A DNA stretch of 40,582 bases from Elsinoe ampelina (taxonomy: Eukaryota): assembly GCA_010093995.1 (NCBI GenBank), contig ML992511.1, forward strand, positions 487,316 through 527,897. Reading direction: 5' to 3'. The position numbers and the translations under genes are program-made. Below the pieces are notes generated by a model that saw only the letters and a list, made by a program, of their open reading frames with translations, ran no database searches and was not told the origin of the DNA. Of this stretch, positions 1-12,500 are shown one piece after another (position 1 is the first letter of the stretch; each line of letters starts with the position of its first letter).

Positions 1-431
1 TCTACGCTAGTAGTCTAAGCTAAGCTAAGAACGAGGTAGTTCTACTTCTATAGTAGTATAGCACTAAGGTAAGAGTTAGAGAAGGTATATCTTATAGATA
101 ATAAAGTACAATTAGATAGTATTATAAAGGCTAGCCTTAGTAATACTAGTGTTCGCTATCTAGACGAGGTTAACTATAGTACTTATATAAGGTAAGGACT
201 ATTCCTATATATATGTATTTTTTACTATATACTCTATATACTCTATAGCGAGAGTCGGAGGCAACATAAAGTACATGTCTACTAGTAACCTACACGCTCT
301 ATAGTCTCTAGAGTAGAGCTACTAGAGAAGATAGAGAATCGAGTAAACGTCGGGCTAGGTTACGTAATAACCTTAGTAGTTTAATTAGTCCTAACGTCTC
401 TATGCTTTAGCTGTCCTACTAGTTCGTAACA
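1..431 (-). repeat. 3' LTR of A1 (partial)
   Basis: Colinear with 6553-6983 and ends TAGTTCGTAACA. Adjacent 432-446 reads AAAAGAGAAGAGTAA on the minus strand (PPT). Confidence 0.95.
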
Positions 432-505
432 TTACTCTTCTCTTTTAATTAAGTTATCCTAATAAGTAAGTATCCTTTCTTATTCTTCTACGCTATATAC
501 TAAAT

Positions 506-1054
506 ATGTCTCCTAGTTATTAAAGGTATAGTAAATCTAGCATATCTACACGAAAGAATCTCTTAGAGTTTATTAAATTATTTAGAGCTAACATGCTATA
601 AGCTTACTCTTATTATAAGTCGAAAGAGCTAGACTATAAAGTCTATATTTAGTTAGGTATTTATAGCTAGTATGTTACAAGTAACTACTTAGGTTATAAT
701 ATTTAAGTAACAAAATTAGAATAGTAGCGTTTCTAGTCTAAGTATATTTATTTACGAAAGGAATTAGTTATAGCTAAGACTACTAGAAGAGAAGCTAAAG
801 AAGCTTATAAAAAGGCAAAAGAGGCTTATTAAAGAGCTATAGGTAATAAGCTTTGCCTATATAAAGAGATATAAAAGTTAGAGGACAAGGTAGAGAAAGT
901 AATCTCTCTAGAGAAGACCTATATTTAAGTCTTAGAGTAGAAAGAAATACTATTATTAGTAGATCCTGTCCTACTATAGGACTAGTAATTATTTATGCCT
1001 AACTCTAATTAGAGTTCCTTATTTAGTAACAATTAGGGTGCTTCTATTAGCTAA
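506..1054 (+). pseudogene. Antisense accessory ORF of A1: putative Zn2Cys6-like cluster plus coiled coil (RIPed; 3' end approximate)
   Basis: ATG at 506. In-frame stops are TAA/TAG, compatible with RIP. Tyr codons at 605-697 are spaced x2-x6-x8-x2-x7. A charged helical run follows (LRKELVIAKTTRREAKEAYKKAKEA). The same frame is present in A2. Confidence 0.6.
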
Positions 1055-4000
1055 GTAGTCTTCCTTAGGCATTCTCGTTTTTATTTAGTATTAGTAGCGT
1101 TAGGCCTACCTAGTTAGTTTACTTAGAATAGGTTTTTAGTCTAGTAATCTAGAATTACTTACGAGGTAAGGTATTTCTCTAGTTCCTATATTACCTTACT
1201 ATACTAATGTCCTTTCTAGTAGATAAGATAGTAACGCTTTCCCCTTATAGATTTATAACGTAAAACCCTTTTAATCTTATACTATAGCTTCTATGTTTCT
1301 TTATCTAGTTCGATAGGTCCGGGTATAGTATTCTATAGTACTTTCTCTAGTAGTAATATATAAAAGACTAGATAGATCCTTATATATCTTAGTAGTTCTA
1401 GTTTATATACGTTCTTGTTTTTCTTTTCTAGGATCTTAAAGAGTCCTAGTTTAGTATAGTTAAGTTTCTTACTTAGTTGTTTCGTTTTAATATTTTTACT
1501 AAGGAGGTAAACTTTCTCTCTCTCCTATAGAATTAGTCCTATAATTCTCTTCTAGTTAGTAAACTCTACTATTCTTTATAATATAAATACTATATTGTAG
1601 TATAGCTAGTTATATAGTTTCTTAATGTTAGCTACTAGTATATTAGTATCCTTAGATATTAGCTTAATTCCGAGTGTGTTATAGTATAGATCTAGGTATA
1701 TTCTATAGTTTATGTAAAATAGTAAAATTCTATTAGCTAACTTTCTATTATTAATAGCAAGCTCTACGAGTAGTAATAGTATTACCTATAAGTCTTGCTT
1801 ATAGTTTAGGTAGTAGTATAGGTACTACTCTAGTACTTAATTTGCCTATTTAGTTTGTCTATCTATTTATAGATAAAAGGAAGTTAATAGCTTATATTTA
1901 ACTCCTAGTAGGTCTATAAATAATTACTAGAATTATAATATAAATAGCTTATCTCTATTAGTTATTAGGTCTTATAGTACTCTATGTTATAAAACAATTA
2001 TTCGGAGGAAGATAAAGACTATATCCTTAGTAGTTACTATTGTCTTATATAGTATAAAGTAGTAATACTTCGTAAACCTATCTACTAGGACTAGAATACT
2101 ATTATACTTTACACCTATAAGAGGTTCTTCCGATAGTAGTAGAGGTTCTATAAAGTCTATCGTGACTAATTACTATAGTTTGTCCGGTAGTAGTAAGGGT
2201 TATAATAGCTTATATAGCTTATGTTATAAGTGCTTAGACTTATAGCATATATTGTATATAGCAATATATATCTTAATATTGTTTTAGAGTCCTTTCTATA
2301 GGTAGTTTTATATAATAAGTTTAATAGTCTTATTGATCCTACTATACCTCGCTATTAGGTTATTATAGTATATTTAAATAACTTCTTTCTTCTGTTCTTA
2401 TATAAGCTCCTAGGTAAGGCTATATAACTGCTCTACCTTTAGGTGCTTATAGACTAGAGCGCTATCTTACTACTTTAGTATAGAGGCCTCTATTATTGTT
2501 ATATTCTTTAAGTAATTTAGTTGTTAGCTAAGAGCATCTACTCTACTATTCTCTAATTCCTTAATATAGTAGATCTAAAAGTTATAGCTTATAAGTGTTT
2601 CTAACTATTAAACCTATTATCTATTAAGAACCTTAGTTATTGTCTAATATAATAGGTTCTTATAGTTAGTGTAGACTTATATAGGTAAGGTTATTTCTTC
2701 TAGGTATACTCTCCACTTACGGAATACTTCTATAATTATAAGTAACTCCTTATTATATATATTATAGTTAAGTTTAGGTCTGGTTATTTTTCGTAAGTAG
2801 TATATAATTAGGCAGTGTTATTCTTCTATGTCCTTCTATACTAGATATACTTCTATCGCAAAGTCCGAGGTATTCGTTTCTAGTAGTGCTTATTAGTCTA
2901 GGTTAAAGAGTACTAGGATAGGTGCTATTATAAGTCTAAGCTTTAGCTCCTTAAAGGCCTACCTACACTTTTTGTTAAAGACAAAGCTAGTTTCTTTCTT
3001 CGTAAGGTTAGATATTAGCGTAGCTACCTTAGAGAATCCTTTAATAAACTTATAATAGTAGTTAAAGAATTCTAGTAGTACTTAAACCTCCTTAACTATA
3101 GTAGGTTCTAGCTAGTTATTTACTAACTTAATCTTCTTCGGATCGGGTCTAATACTATTAGTAGATATAACATAGCTTAGAAATTATATCTTATATTTAT
3201 AAAACTTATACTTAGAGAGCTTTACTAGTAGGTCTTTTTCTTTTAGTTTCTATAGTACCTTATAAATATGTCTTATATATTTATTATATAACTTTAAGAA
3301 GATAATAATATTATCTAAATACACTAAGATAAAGTTATTAAGGTATTCTTATAGAGTATTATTAATTAACTCTTAGAAGGTTATAGGAGTATTAGCTAAC
3401 CTAAAGGGTATAACGAGGTACTTATATAGACTTTATTATGTCCTAAAAGCTGTTTTCTACTCTTTGCTCTCCTTTATTTATACTTAATAATAGGCGTCCC
3501 TAATATTAATTATAGTAAACTATTTAGCTCTAAGTAGTTAGTCTTAAAGTTTGTTAATCCTTAGTAAGGGATAGCAATTCTTCCTAGTAAGTGTATTAAG
3601 TTTCTAGTAATTAATATATATTTATAACGTCTTATTCTTTTTAGGTATAAAAAGCACTTCGTGCGTAATAGGTAATTTTAATAGTTATATAAATCCTTTA
3701 AGTAGGTACTTATCGATATAGTCCTTAAAGACATTCTTCTCTTATTTTAATAGTAGTATAAGACCTTAATAGTGTATTAGAGATTTACTCTCTTTAAAGA
3801 GTATTTTGTAATTCTATAGTTTATATTAGAGTAAGGCTATAATATCTTCTCTTTCTTTAAACAAATCTTTAAAGTCTTTATATTTCGGTAGAAGTACTTA
3901 ATTACTTACGCTAGCGATAGCTCTAACTATTAGTCGTACCTATACTGTCCTTATAGTTAGTATCTATAGAGCTAATTATACTCCCTACGTCCTATAATTA

Positions 4001-6413
4001 TACTTAGAGAATTTAAGTGTTTCTTTAATCTAGTCTATGTTTAGATTGTGTTATTAAAGCTAGTCTATACTAAGTACTATATTATACTATATATTAACTA
4101 TATCGATTAATTGTTTTTCTATATGTGTTTTAATTTTAATTATAACGTTTTATAGTTCCTAAGTAACTTTCCTATTCTTCTCTATAGGGGTTCTATTTGC
4201 TATAGTAAGTAGGTAAGGTAACTCCTTCTAATATTAATAAGGTTTAAGCTAGTTAGTAACTATTATAGAAACGTAGCTATAGTTAGCTCCTAAATCTATT
4301 ATTGCTCTTACCTTATTCTCTTATATTTCGACTTCTAGTATAAAGTAGTTTAATATATAGATCTTTATTATATTAAGGCTTTAGCTAGTATTGTTGTCTT
4401 ACCTTATTAGGCAATAACTAGCTAGTTTTTTGTCATTATAGCTCCTTAGATAAGTAGCTAATCCCTTCCTATACGTATCTACTATTAGTACTATATCTAT
4501 TAGGCTAGTTATATCTTATTACTATTTAATATAGTAAGGTAGACTTCTAGCGCTTAGGTTCCTTAATAACTATAAAGTCTAATAATCTTCTACTAATTAT
4601 ACTAAGTAGTGTTATACACCTATATCGGTATAACTATTCCCTCTAGATAGGGCTATATATTAGCGTTAAAGACGAACGCGAGTTAAGTAGATTTATCTTG
4701 TTGTGTCCTACTCTAGTAGTAGGTATATATTATTATATAATTTCTCTATATTCCTATAAGGTACGCCTTAAGTCGTCTACCCGGTAGTAGTACGTCGTTA
4801 TTGTTATTATTGTTAGATAAATTCTTATCTATGTTATTATATTATAGTTATTCGGTGTATCCTTTATTATATTTCTCTTCGTCGCTACTATCCCTAGTAT
4901 AGTTACAATTAGTAAGGCTATACTAAGTATATTCTCTTACTTAGCTATAGGGGATAGTATTACCTATTTTAATTACTAAGAAGTCTATAGTGTATTTAAG
5001 ACTAATAGCGTCTTCTCTAAGTATATTATGTAAGTAGATAGTATAGTACTATTTATAATCTAGATTTATATACTTCTAGAGCGACATATAATATACCTTT
5101 CCTTGCGGTTTACTATAAGGGCTAAAGGTAAGGCTACTATATTATTATATAGTACTTACGTCCTAATACTTTATTTCGATAATTGTATATTAGTAATTGT
5201 CGCTAACTACCTTCTAAGGTTAGTTAATGTTACTACTAATTATAAAGAGCTCTTCTAGGTTAGGTTCCTAGTCTAGCTATTTCGTTAGTTACCTATACTT
5301 AGATAGCTTATATAGGAACTAACTAGATCTCTACTTGTCTAATAAGTAAATATAATAAGAGTTGTTATAATATACTATCTATAATAGTATTATATAATAG
5401 CTTTATTATTTATCGTTAGTTATAGAGATATTAAGTATAATATCTAGAGAGAGTTCTATTACCTCTCGAGTTATTATAGACTTCTTCTATGTTTCCTTAC
5501 CTACGCTAAAGATCGTTAGGTCTTCTATAGTAGTGTTAGCCTTTTTCTCTACTAGCCTAGTAACTATTATATATAATCTATTAGCTAGCGCCTCTTATCG
5601 GTAGTCCCTAGCCTAATATCTAGGTCTTTTATATTTAAAACATAAGTTGTCTTATCTATACTTCTCTCTCTCTTTTCCGCTAAGGAACTTTCCTCTATAG
5701 CTATAGCCTTATACCTATAAGAGGTAACCTTTGCGTATAGTGTTAAGTTCTATAGAGTCTCTATAACTCCGGGAGGAACGTATATACCTAGTATTTACCT
5801 TATATCCTCTATAACGCTCTATACGTCGTTTATAGAGTCTATTATCAATAGCAATTATAGTATCTACTAGCTCCTAGAGGCTATTAGGCGGCTTAAGTAT
5901 TATTTAGTCTTTGACTAAGTTGCTTAGTCCTTAGTAGAATACTAAATGTTTAGCACTATTATTCTAGTCTAGGTATATTACAAGTTATTAGAACTAGGAA
6001 TAGTACTAGGCTATAGACCTACGTTATTATAGTTATTAAATCTTCGTCGCGGTAATACGTTCCTTGTTAGATATATTAAAGACTTACTTAATCTTTGTCT
6101 AAAAGATATTAAAGCTCTTAAAGATAGCCTTTGTATCTAGGCTTAGTTATCTATCTAGGTAGCTACTTATATAAGGCTTAAACTACTTAAAGGCGGCGCC
6201 CTTAAGGTATATCCCGGCATAGAGGACCTTTACTACGTTATTAGCGTACTTATCCCCTTCTAGAGCGAAGAAGGCTTTAAGTTAAATAAGAAAGTGCCTT
6301 AAGTAGGCGTAGTTCTTATAAAAGAGTTTTACTTCTAACTTAGGCCTACTCTATTCTTCCTCTATACTAAGAGACCTTCTATGTTTACCCGAGGTTAAAC
6401 TAGTAGTAGATAT
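1045..6413 (-). pseudogene. gag-pol of A1 (RIPed; ends approximate)
   Basis: Reverse-complement match to the A2 gag-pol, with many RIP-derived stops. Confidence 0.9.
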
Positions 6414-6529
6414 ATCGTTAATAGTAAGCTTTTCTAGCTTACTAACGATCGAAGATACTAATAGTAACTTAGAGCAAGAGTTACTTATTAACCTCGTAGC
6501 GTGCTATACTATAGTAAGAGTAGTTAAAA

Positions 6530-6983
6530 TGTTACGAACTATCTAAATATAGCCTACGCTAGTAGTCTAAGCTAAGCTAAGAACAAGGTAGTTCTACTTC
6601 TATAGTAGTATAGCACTAAGGTAAGAGTCAAAGAAGATATATCTTATAGATAATAAAGTACAATTAGATAGTATTATAAAGGCTAGCCTTAGTAATACTA
6701 GTGTTCGCTATCTAGATAAGGTTAACTATAGTACTTATATAAGGTAAAGACTATTCCTATATATATATATTCTTTACTATGTGCTCTATATACTCTATAG
6801 CGAGAGTCGGGGGCAACATAGAGTACACATCTACTAGTAACCTACGCGCTCTATAGTCTCTAGAGTAGAGCCGCTAGAGAAGATAGAGAATCGAGTAAAC
6901 GTCGGGCTAGGTCACGTAATAACCTTAGCAGTTTAATTAGTTCTAACGTCTCTATGCTCTAGCTGTCCTACTAGTTCGTAATA
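6530..6983 (-). repeat. 5' LTR of A1 (454 bp)
   Basis: TGTTACGAACTA...TAGTTCGTAATA termini; direct repeat of 1-431. Confidence 0.95.
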
Positions 6984-7679
6984 GGCAGCTTATACTACTA
7001 AGTCTAGTAAGAAGAATAATATGTTAAGAGTAGCTAAGTAGATATATAGTTCTAGCGGAATTCTTAAGAAGCTTAAGCATAAGATCTATATAGCTAGCGC
7101 TACTAAGCTTACTATTAATAAAGGTACTAACGAGAATACTAAGAAGAAGTACTTAAAGTTTGTCTAGAAACTTAGTAAGGAGAGTAGGCTTACTACTATC
7201 TCTAATCCTAACTAGTAGTAAGTTCTCTATTATTATTACGTATTATTATTACGTTAGTATACTAATAAATAGCAGAGCTTACAATTCTACACCTCCGGCT
7301 AAGTATTAACTACTCGAGCTAATCTATCTTATAGATAAAGGTAAATATATAAAGCCTAACAACAATAACAAGTGTAAAGAAGTATACGAGCTAGACTACG
7401 ACTCTAAGATCGAGAAACTAGCTAATAAGTACGAGATAGACAAGTAGTATATAAAGTTTAAGGGGTTTTCCTCTAATAAGGATAAGATTATTAATAAGGG
7501 AGAGAGAGTTAAAGCGGAGAGTTCTTTAGAGAGTAAAGATAAGGAGAAGAATAATAATAAGAATAATAATAAGAATAATAATAAGAATAATAATAAGAAT
7601 AATAATAAGAATAATAATAAGGAAGGGAATAAGGAAATAGTCGATGCTAAGGAAGATAAATTTACTAGCTTTAACTAGT
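6984..7679 (+). pseudogene. 3' part of a RIPed spliced ORF of unknown function ending in a long, probably acidic, tail
   Basis: Lys/Glu-rich frame with an intron-like GTAAGT...CTAAT...TAG at ~7218-7273. The C-terminus reads KDKEK(NNNK)nEGNKEIVDAKEDKFTSFN*, compatible with a G>A-mutated D/E tract. Confidence 0.5.
7548..7621 (+). repeat. Tandem repeat (AAGAATAATAAT)x6
   Basis: Directly visible 12-bp unit, in frame with the ORF above. Confidence 0.95.
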
Positions 7680-8135
7680 GGATTTTCTATACTATAATTA
7701 ACTACTAAGTAGTTTAATCTATAGTATAGTCCGGCCCTTTTATAGATTTAAGTTTTATAATAAGATCTTTTCCTATATAGCTACTATTGTTATTTGTGCT
7801 TCTAATTGTTACCTCTAACAATAGTAAATTATCTATATTATTACTTCTAACAATAGATTTCTATTACTATTGTTGCTATAAACAATAGAAGGTACTAGAT
7901 ATATACGCTATCTCGTTTCTGTTTATTCTTCTTTCTAAAACCTCTCTTTCTTATTATTATAGCTTCTCGTATATAACTCTATCCCGACCTAGAAGATCTA
8001 ATCCTCTACTAGCCTCGTACTATAACTTATAGTAACTACGCTAGGCTACTATACTTACGTTAGTATAAAGCTTGTATCTACTATATAACTAAGTAATTTA
8101 TTAATAGCGAGGAAAGATAGACTACTCGTATCTAT

Positions 8136-8338
8136 TGATTATAACTAGTAAGATAAGAGGTTAATTACGTCTATTTATTAAGATATTAAGACTTAGAAGA
8201 AGAAGAAGAAAAGCTAGTATATAAAGCACGCGTAATATTGAGAGCGAAGTAGCTAGAAGCCTAAGCTACGATACTAAGATTACGTAACTAATCTAAACTA
8301 GATCTTAACTAAATCTAGTTCGTATCTATCTCGTATTA
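8136..8338 (-). repeat. 3' LTR of B1
   Basis: Direct repeat of 14198-14400; TGAT...(ATCA>ATTA) termini; adjacent PPT. Confidence 0.95.
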
Positions 8339-8349
8339 CTACTTTCTCT

Positions 8350-11300
8350 CTTAAGCGCGTTTGCCCTTAAACGCTATTATATATTATTTATTAATCTATT
8401 TCGGCCTTAGCTTATCTATATAAGAGTCTAGATAGTCGCGTAGCATATCGGCTACTCCTTTAAGGTTGTTAATTAGCTACTAGGTAAGATCCTCTAGATA
8501 GCTCTTCTAGCTTATATAAGCAACTAGCTTCCCTTATAGTATATGTATGTTAATTACATTGTCTACCTTATACTCTTCCTTACTATCGATCTTTACTAGA
8601 GGTAGTTCCTTAAAGGCTTAGCCTAGTAGGGGGTTATTTAGGTGCTTAGTAAGGAGGTCGGCGTAGAACATAGGGTAAATCCTTTAGAGAGTAGCTAGTA
8701 GATTAAGCTTGTATATTAATAGTAACTGTTTTTCGAGAATCTTATAAGAACTAATATACTTCGGTAGTAGCTTTAGATTACCCTATAGCCGAAGGTTTTT
8801 CGTTAATAACTACACTAAATCGCTAGCTTTAAACTCTATTAGCTAGCGGTGTTTATTAGCTTACTCTACTATTCGTAACTAAGTAATAGCAAGGTTAGCT
8901 TTAGTAATAGTAAGGGCTTCTTCTAGTTGTTTAGTAAGCGCGCGAATTTCGGCCTTATTAAGCTTAGCTCTTATTAATAGTAAGTTAGTAGGGGGCTAGA
9001 AGCTTATTCTTAGCTTATATCCTCTAGTTACCTCGAATAGCAATAGCTTAGTACTTTCCGAGGGGTTAGCGTTTATAGAGAACTCTATAACTAGTAGGAC
9101 AAGGGTCTAATTACTAAACTGTGTTATATAGGATTAGATAACTTATTTAAACTTTTAGTTTATAACTTCTAATTAGCCGTCTATTTAAGAGTAGCTAGTA
9201 GTAGATAGCTTAGCTATAATCTTTAGGATCTAGTAGAGCCTCTTCTATACGTCGCTAACGAACTAAGGGCTATAGTTAGAGGTAATACTATCTAGTAGGC
9301 TATGTAGTTTCTACACGTAGAAGAATAATAGCTTAGCTATTTCGAAAGTAGAGGTTTCTTCTTCTCCCTAGAAGTAAGGGATTAAGTGTCGCTCCTTAGA
9401 TAAGCAATCGATAATATATAGTACTACGTTATAGCTATCTACTAGGGGTAGGCTAGTAACGAAGTCTATAGTAATATATTGCTAAGGCCTTACTAGAATA
9501 GGCAATAGTAATAGAAGGCTAGCTAGCAAGCCGTAGCGAGCCTTTAAGCGCTTATAGTTATAATAGTTAGCTATAAACCTCTTAACGAAGTTGTTATAGC
9601 TTAGGATATAAAAGGTAGTCTTAATTATAGTAGCCGTTTTAGTAGCTTCTCTATGTGTATAGTCCTTCGATATATAGACTTCTTAGATAACCTTTACAGC
9701 TATTAACTACGGCACGAATAGTTAGCCGGCAATCTATAATATCCCTTTATTAATAGTAACATTGCTCGACGGCAGCTATTTCCTCTTTAGGAAGGCCTCT
9801 ATTATATAGTAGATGCCTCTAACTGTTTTGCACTTAGCGTCTTATAAGTTAGCTTTAGCTACTTCTTCGAAAAGGGGTAAAGGTTCTTTCGTAGCTAAGA
9901 TAGGTACTACGTAGATACCTAGTTTAGTAGCCGAAATAGGCGCTAATACAGGTAGCGAAATAGGAGGCAAAATCGGTAGCGAACTAGATAGCGAACTAGT
10001 TCGCGAACTAGATGCTAAACTAGATCTTAGTTCGGCTTAGATTAGTAATCTAGTTCGGATACGACCTAGATTTAGTTCGTTAATAATGCGCTAATCTAGC
10101 ACCTTATATAGTAGTAGCGTCTAGCGTAGATTAGAGTCTTCTCTCGAATGTAGTATATCTCTATTTCTCCTTATAAGTGCATCGGCCTTGCTATTAGTAG
10201 CGCTAGGCCTATATATAATCTTAAAGTTAAACTACGTAAGGTAGAGGGCCTAGCGTACTTAGCGGCGTAATAGCTTCTAAGTCTTTATAAAGTGCATTAA
10301 GGATTAGTAGTCGGTAAGGACATAGATAGCCTTATCGGATTAAGTGCTTATAAGCTTAAGAGCCTATTCCTCGAAGGCTTAGACAATTACTAGTAGTTCC
10401 TCGTCGTAGATAGCGTAGTTACGTTCGGCTTTATTTATAGATTTACTAAAAAAGGTAATAGGCCGGAGAATATTAGACTTATCGTATTATAATAGAATTC
10501 TAGCGGTAGTAGTGTCGGAGGCGTTAGTCTTAAGGACTATCTACTTTAAGCGATCGAAATACATAAGGATAGGTACACTTATAACAGTGTACTTTATATA
10601 GTTAAATACGGTAGTGCACTTGTTATTCTATAGTGTAGTATCCTTCTTAAGGAGATTATTTAGTAGCTTAGCGATAGTACTAAATCCCTTAATAAAGCGG
10701 CAATAGTAGCTATAGAAACTAATAAAGCTTCTTACCTAAGTAGTGTTACTAGGAGCTAGCTATTTCTAGGCTTATATAGCTTCTATCTTCTTTAGATCTA
10801 TTTTAACTCTATCTCGGCTAACAATAATACTAAGATACTTTACCTCTGTTAGGTAGAACTTACTCTTCTTAATATTAGCGTTTAGGCCTAATTCGTAGAG
10901 CCTCTAGAGCACTAGCTTAATATACTTAGTATGCTCTTAGCGGGAGCCGTTTATATAGATAAGAATATTATCTAGGTAGATCGACACGAAGCGCTCTAGT
11001 ATATTGACAAAGTTGTAATTTATAAACCTCTACTAGACTATAGAGGCATTAGTAAGGCTAAACGGCATTACTAGCTACTTAAAGTTACCTATGCATATAG
11101 AGAATATAGTAAGATCTTTACTATTAACAGAGTTATAGAGGCAGTAGAAGGCTTAATAGATGTCGATCTTACTAAACTATTTAGCCTTACTTACGCGCGT
11201 AAGTATTTCTTCGATAAGGGGTAGAGGATAGATATCTTACTTAGTTACCTCGTTAAGGCTATAGTAGTTAACGTAGAGATAGAGTTCTCTACCTAGCTTA

Positions 11301-12500
11301 TAAACAAAGAGAATAAGTAAGGAATAGCTAGCGGAACTTAGTGTAATAAAGCCTTTATTAAGATGTTCTTAGATAAATTATTCTACTATGTCGAGTTCTT
11401 CTAGTAATAGGCGGCGTAAAGGCTCTATATATAGTAGCTTAGCGCTATCTTTAAGTGTAATATAGTTGTCGAAATCCGGCCGATGCTAAGGAAGCGTATT
11501 AGATTATTCTTTAGAGAAGATATTAGTAAACTCCTATAACTCCTCTAGGAGAACTACTATAGGATCTAGTTCTAGCTCGGAGGCTATCTAGTAGTAGTTT
11601 TTAATATTCTTTACCAAGATTATAAACACCTCGTTCTTTTAGTATTTAGCTACTAATATAAAGGCAGCTACGCCGATAAAGGCGATAGTTAGCTCTACTT
11701 GTTTAGCGTCACTTACGTAGGCAGGTACGTAGAAGAACTTATATATTAACTAAGTGCTATAGGAGATTAGCTTAAACTCTCTCTAATTTAGCTTAAAGTT
11801 TGACCTAAGAGCTAGCGGCTAATATAGTCTAGTTTGTCCTAACTTAGTAGCTAAGCTAGAATCTAGTTAGCGAGCTAAACTAGAACTAAACTAGTTCTAA
11901 ACTAAAATAGGGATTTTGCCGAGCTAGATTCCTAGATCTAAGCTAGGCTTAGATCTAGATCCTAGCCTTTTAATTAGCTATAGTAGCTCCTACTTAACAA
12001 CGACTAGTAAAAACTCTTCTTTGTATATAACTTAGCTATGCTTATAGTCGATAGTAGCTCTATTAGCCTTAAGCTAACTAAGGCCGAGAATAATATCGAA
12101 ACAGCTAATATCTATAATACGGAAAGTAGTAAGAGCGTTTAGCTTACTAGAGATAGTAGTAGTAAGGGGGACACTATATATAACTTGTTCTATTAGAACG
12201 CTATTATAAGCTTAAAGCTAAATAGAGCTAGCTAACGCTACGGGGCAGCCGAAGCTCTTTAGCTTATTAAGGACGTTATAATTAACTACGGCGCTAATAA
12301 GCGCACTAGTGTCGATGAAGGCTTAGAGCGTAATAGTGTAAGAGCGGTTATAAGAGTCGTAAATAGTAATAGGAGTTATAATAGCAGGGATATAGTAGCT
12401 AATAACGCTATTTATTGAACGTATACCTCCTCTAGATCTATCTCGAATTGCCCTTATTCCGCTAGAGGATAGAACTTGTCCTCTAGCTACTTATTTCTCT
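8350..12500 (-). pseudogene. pol of B1 (PR-RT-RH-IN-chromodomain; ends approximate)
   Basis: FIDTS (DTG) protease motif near 12320, IYLDN (YLDD) near 10970-10985, KTNASDTTTARIL RNase H motif near 10500-10535. Matches B2. Confidence 0.9.

Larger units (their letters stand above)
1..6983 (-). mobile_element. Ty3/Gypsy chromovirus, family A, copy A1 (RIP-inactivated; ~23 bp of the 3' LTR lie left of the window)
   Basis: Direct repeats at <1-431 and 6530-6983 with TGTTACGAACTA...TAGTTCGTAA(C/T)A inverted ends. A purine tract on the minus strand abuts 431. The interior is the reverse complement of copy A2, including RT YLD(D>N), RNase H, integrase and chromodomain. Right flank is GGCAG (expected TSD). 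Confidence 0.95.
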
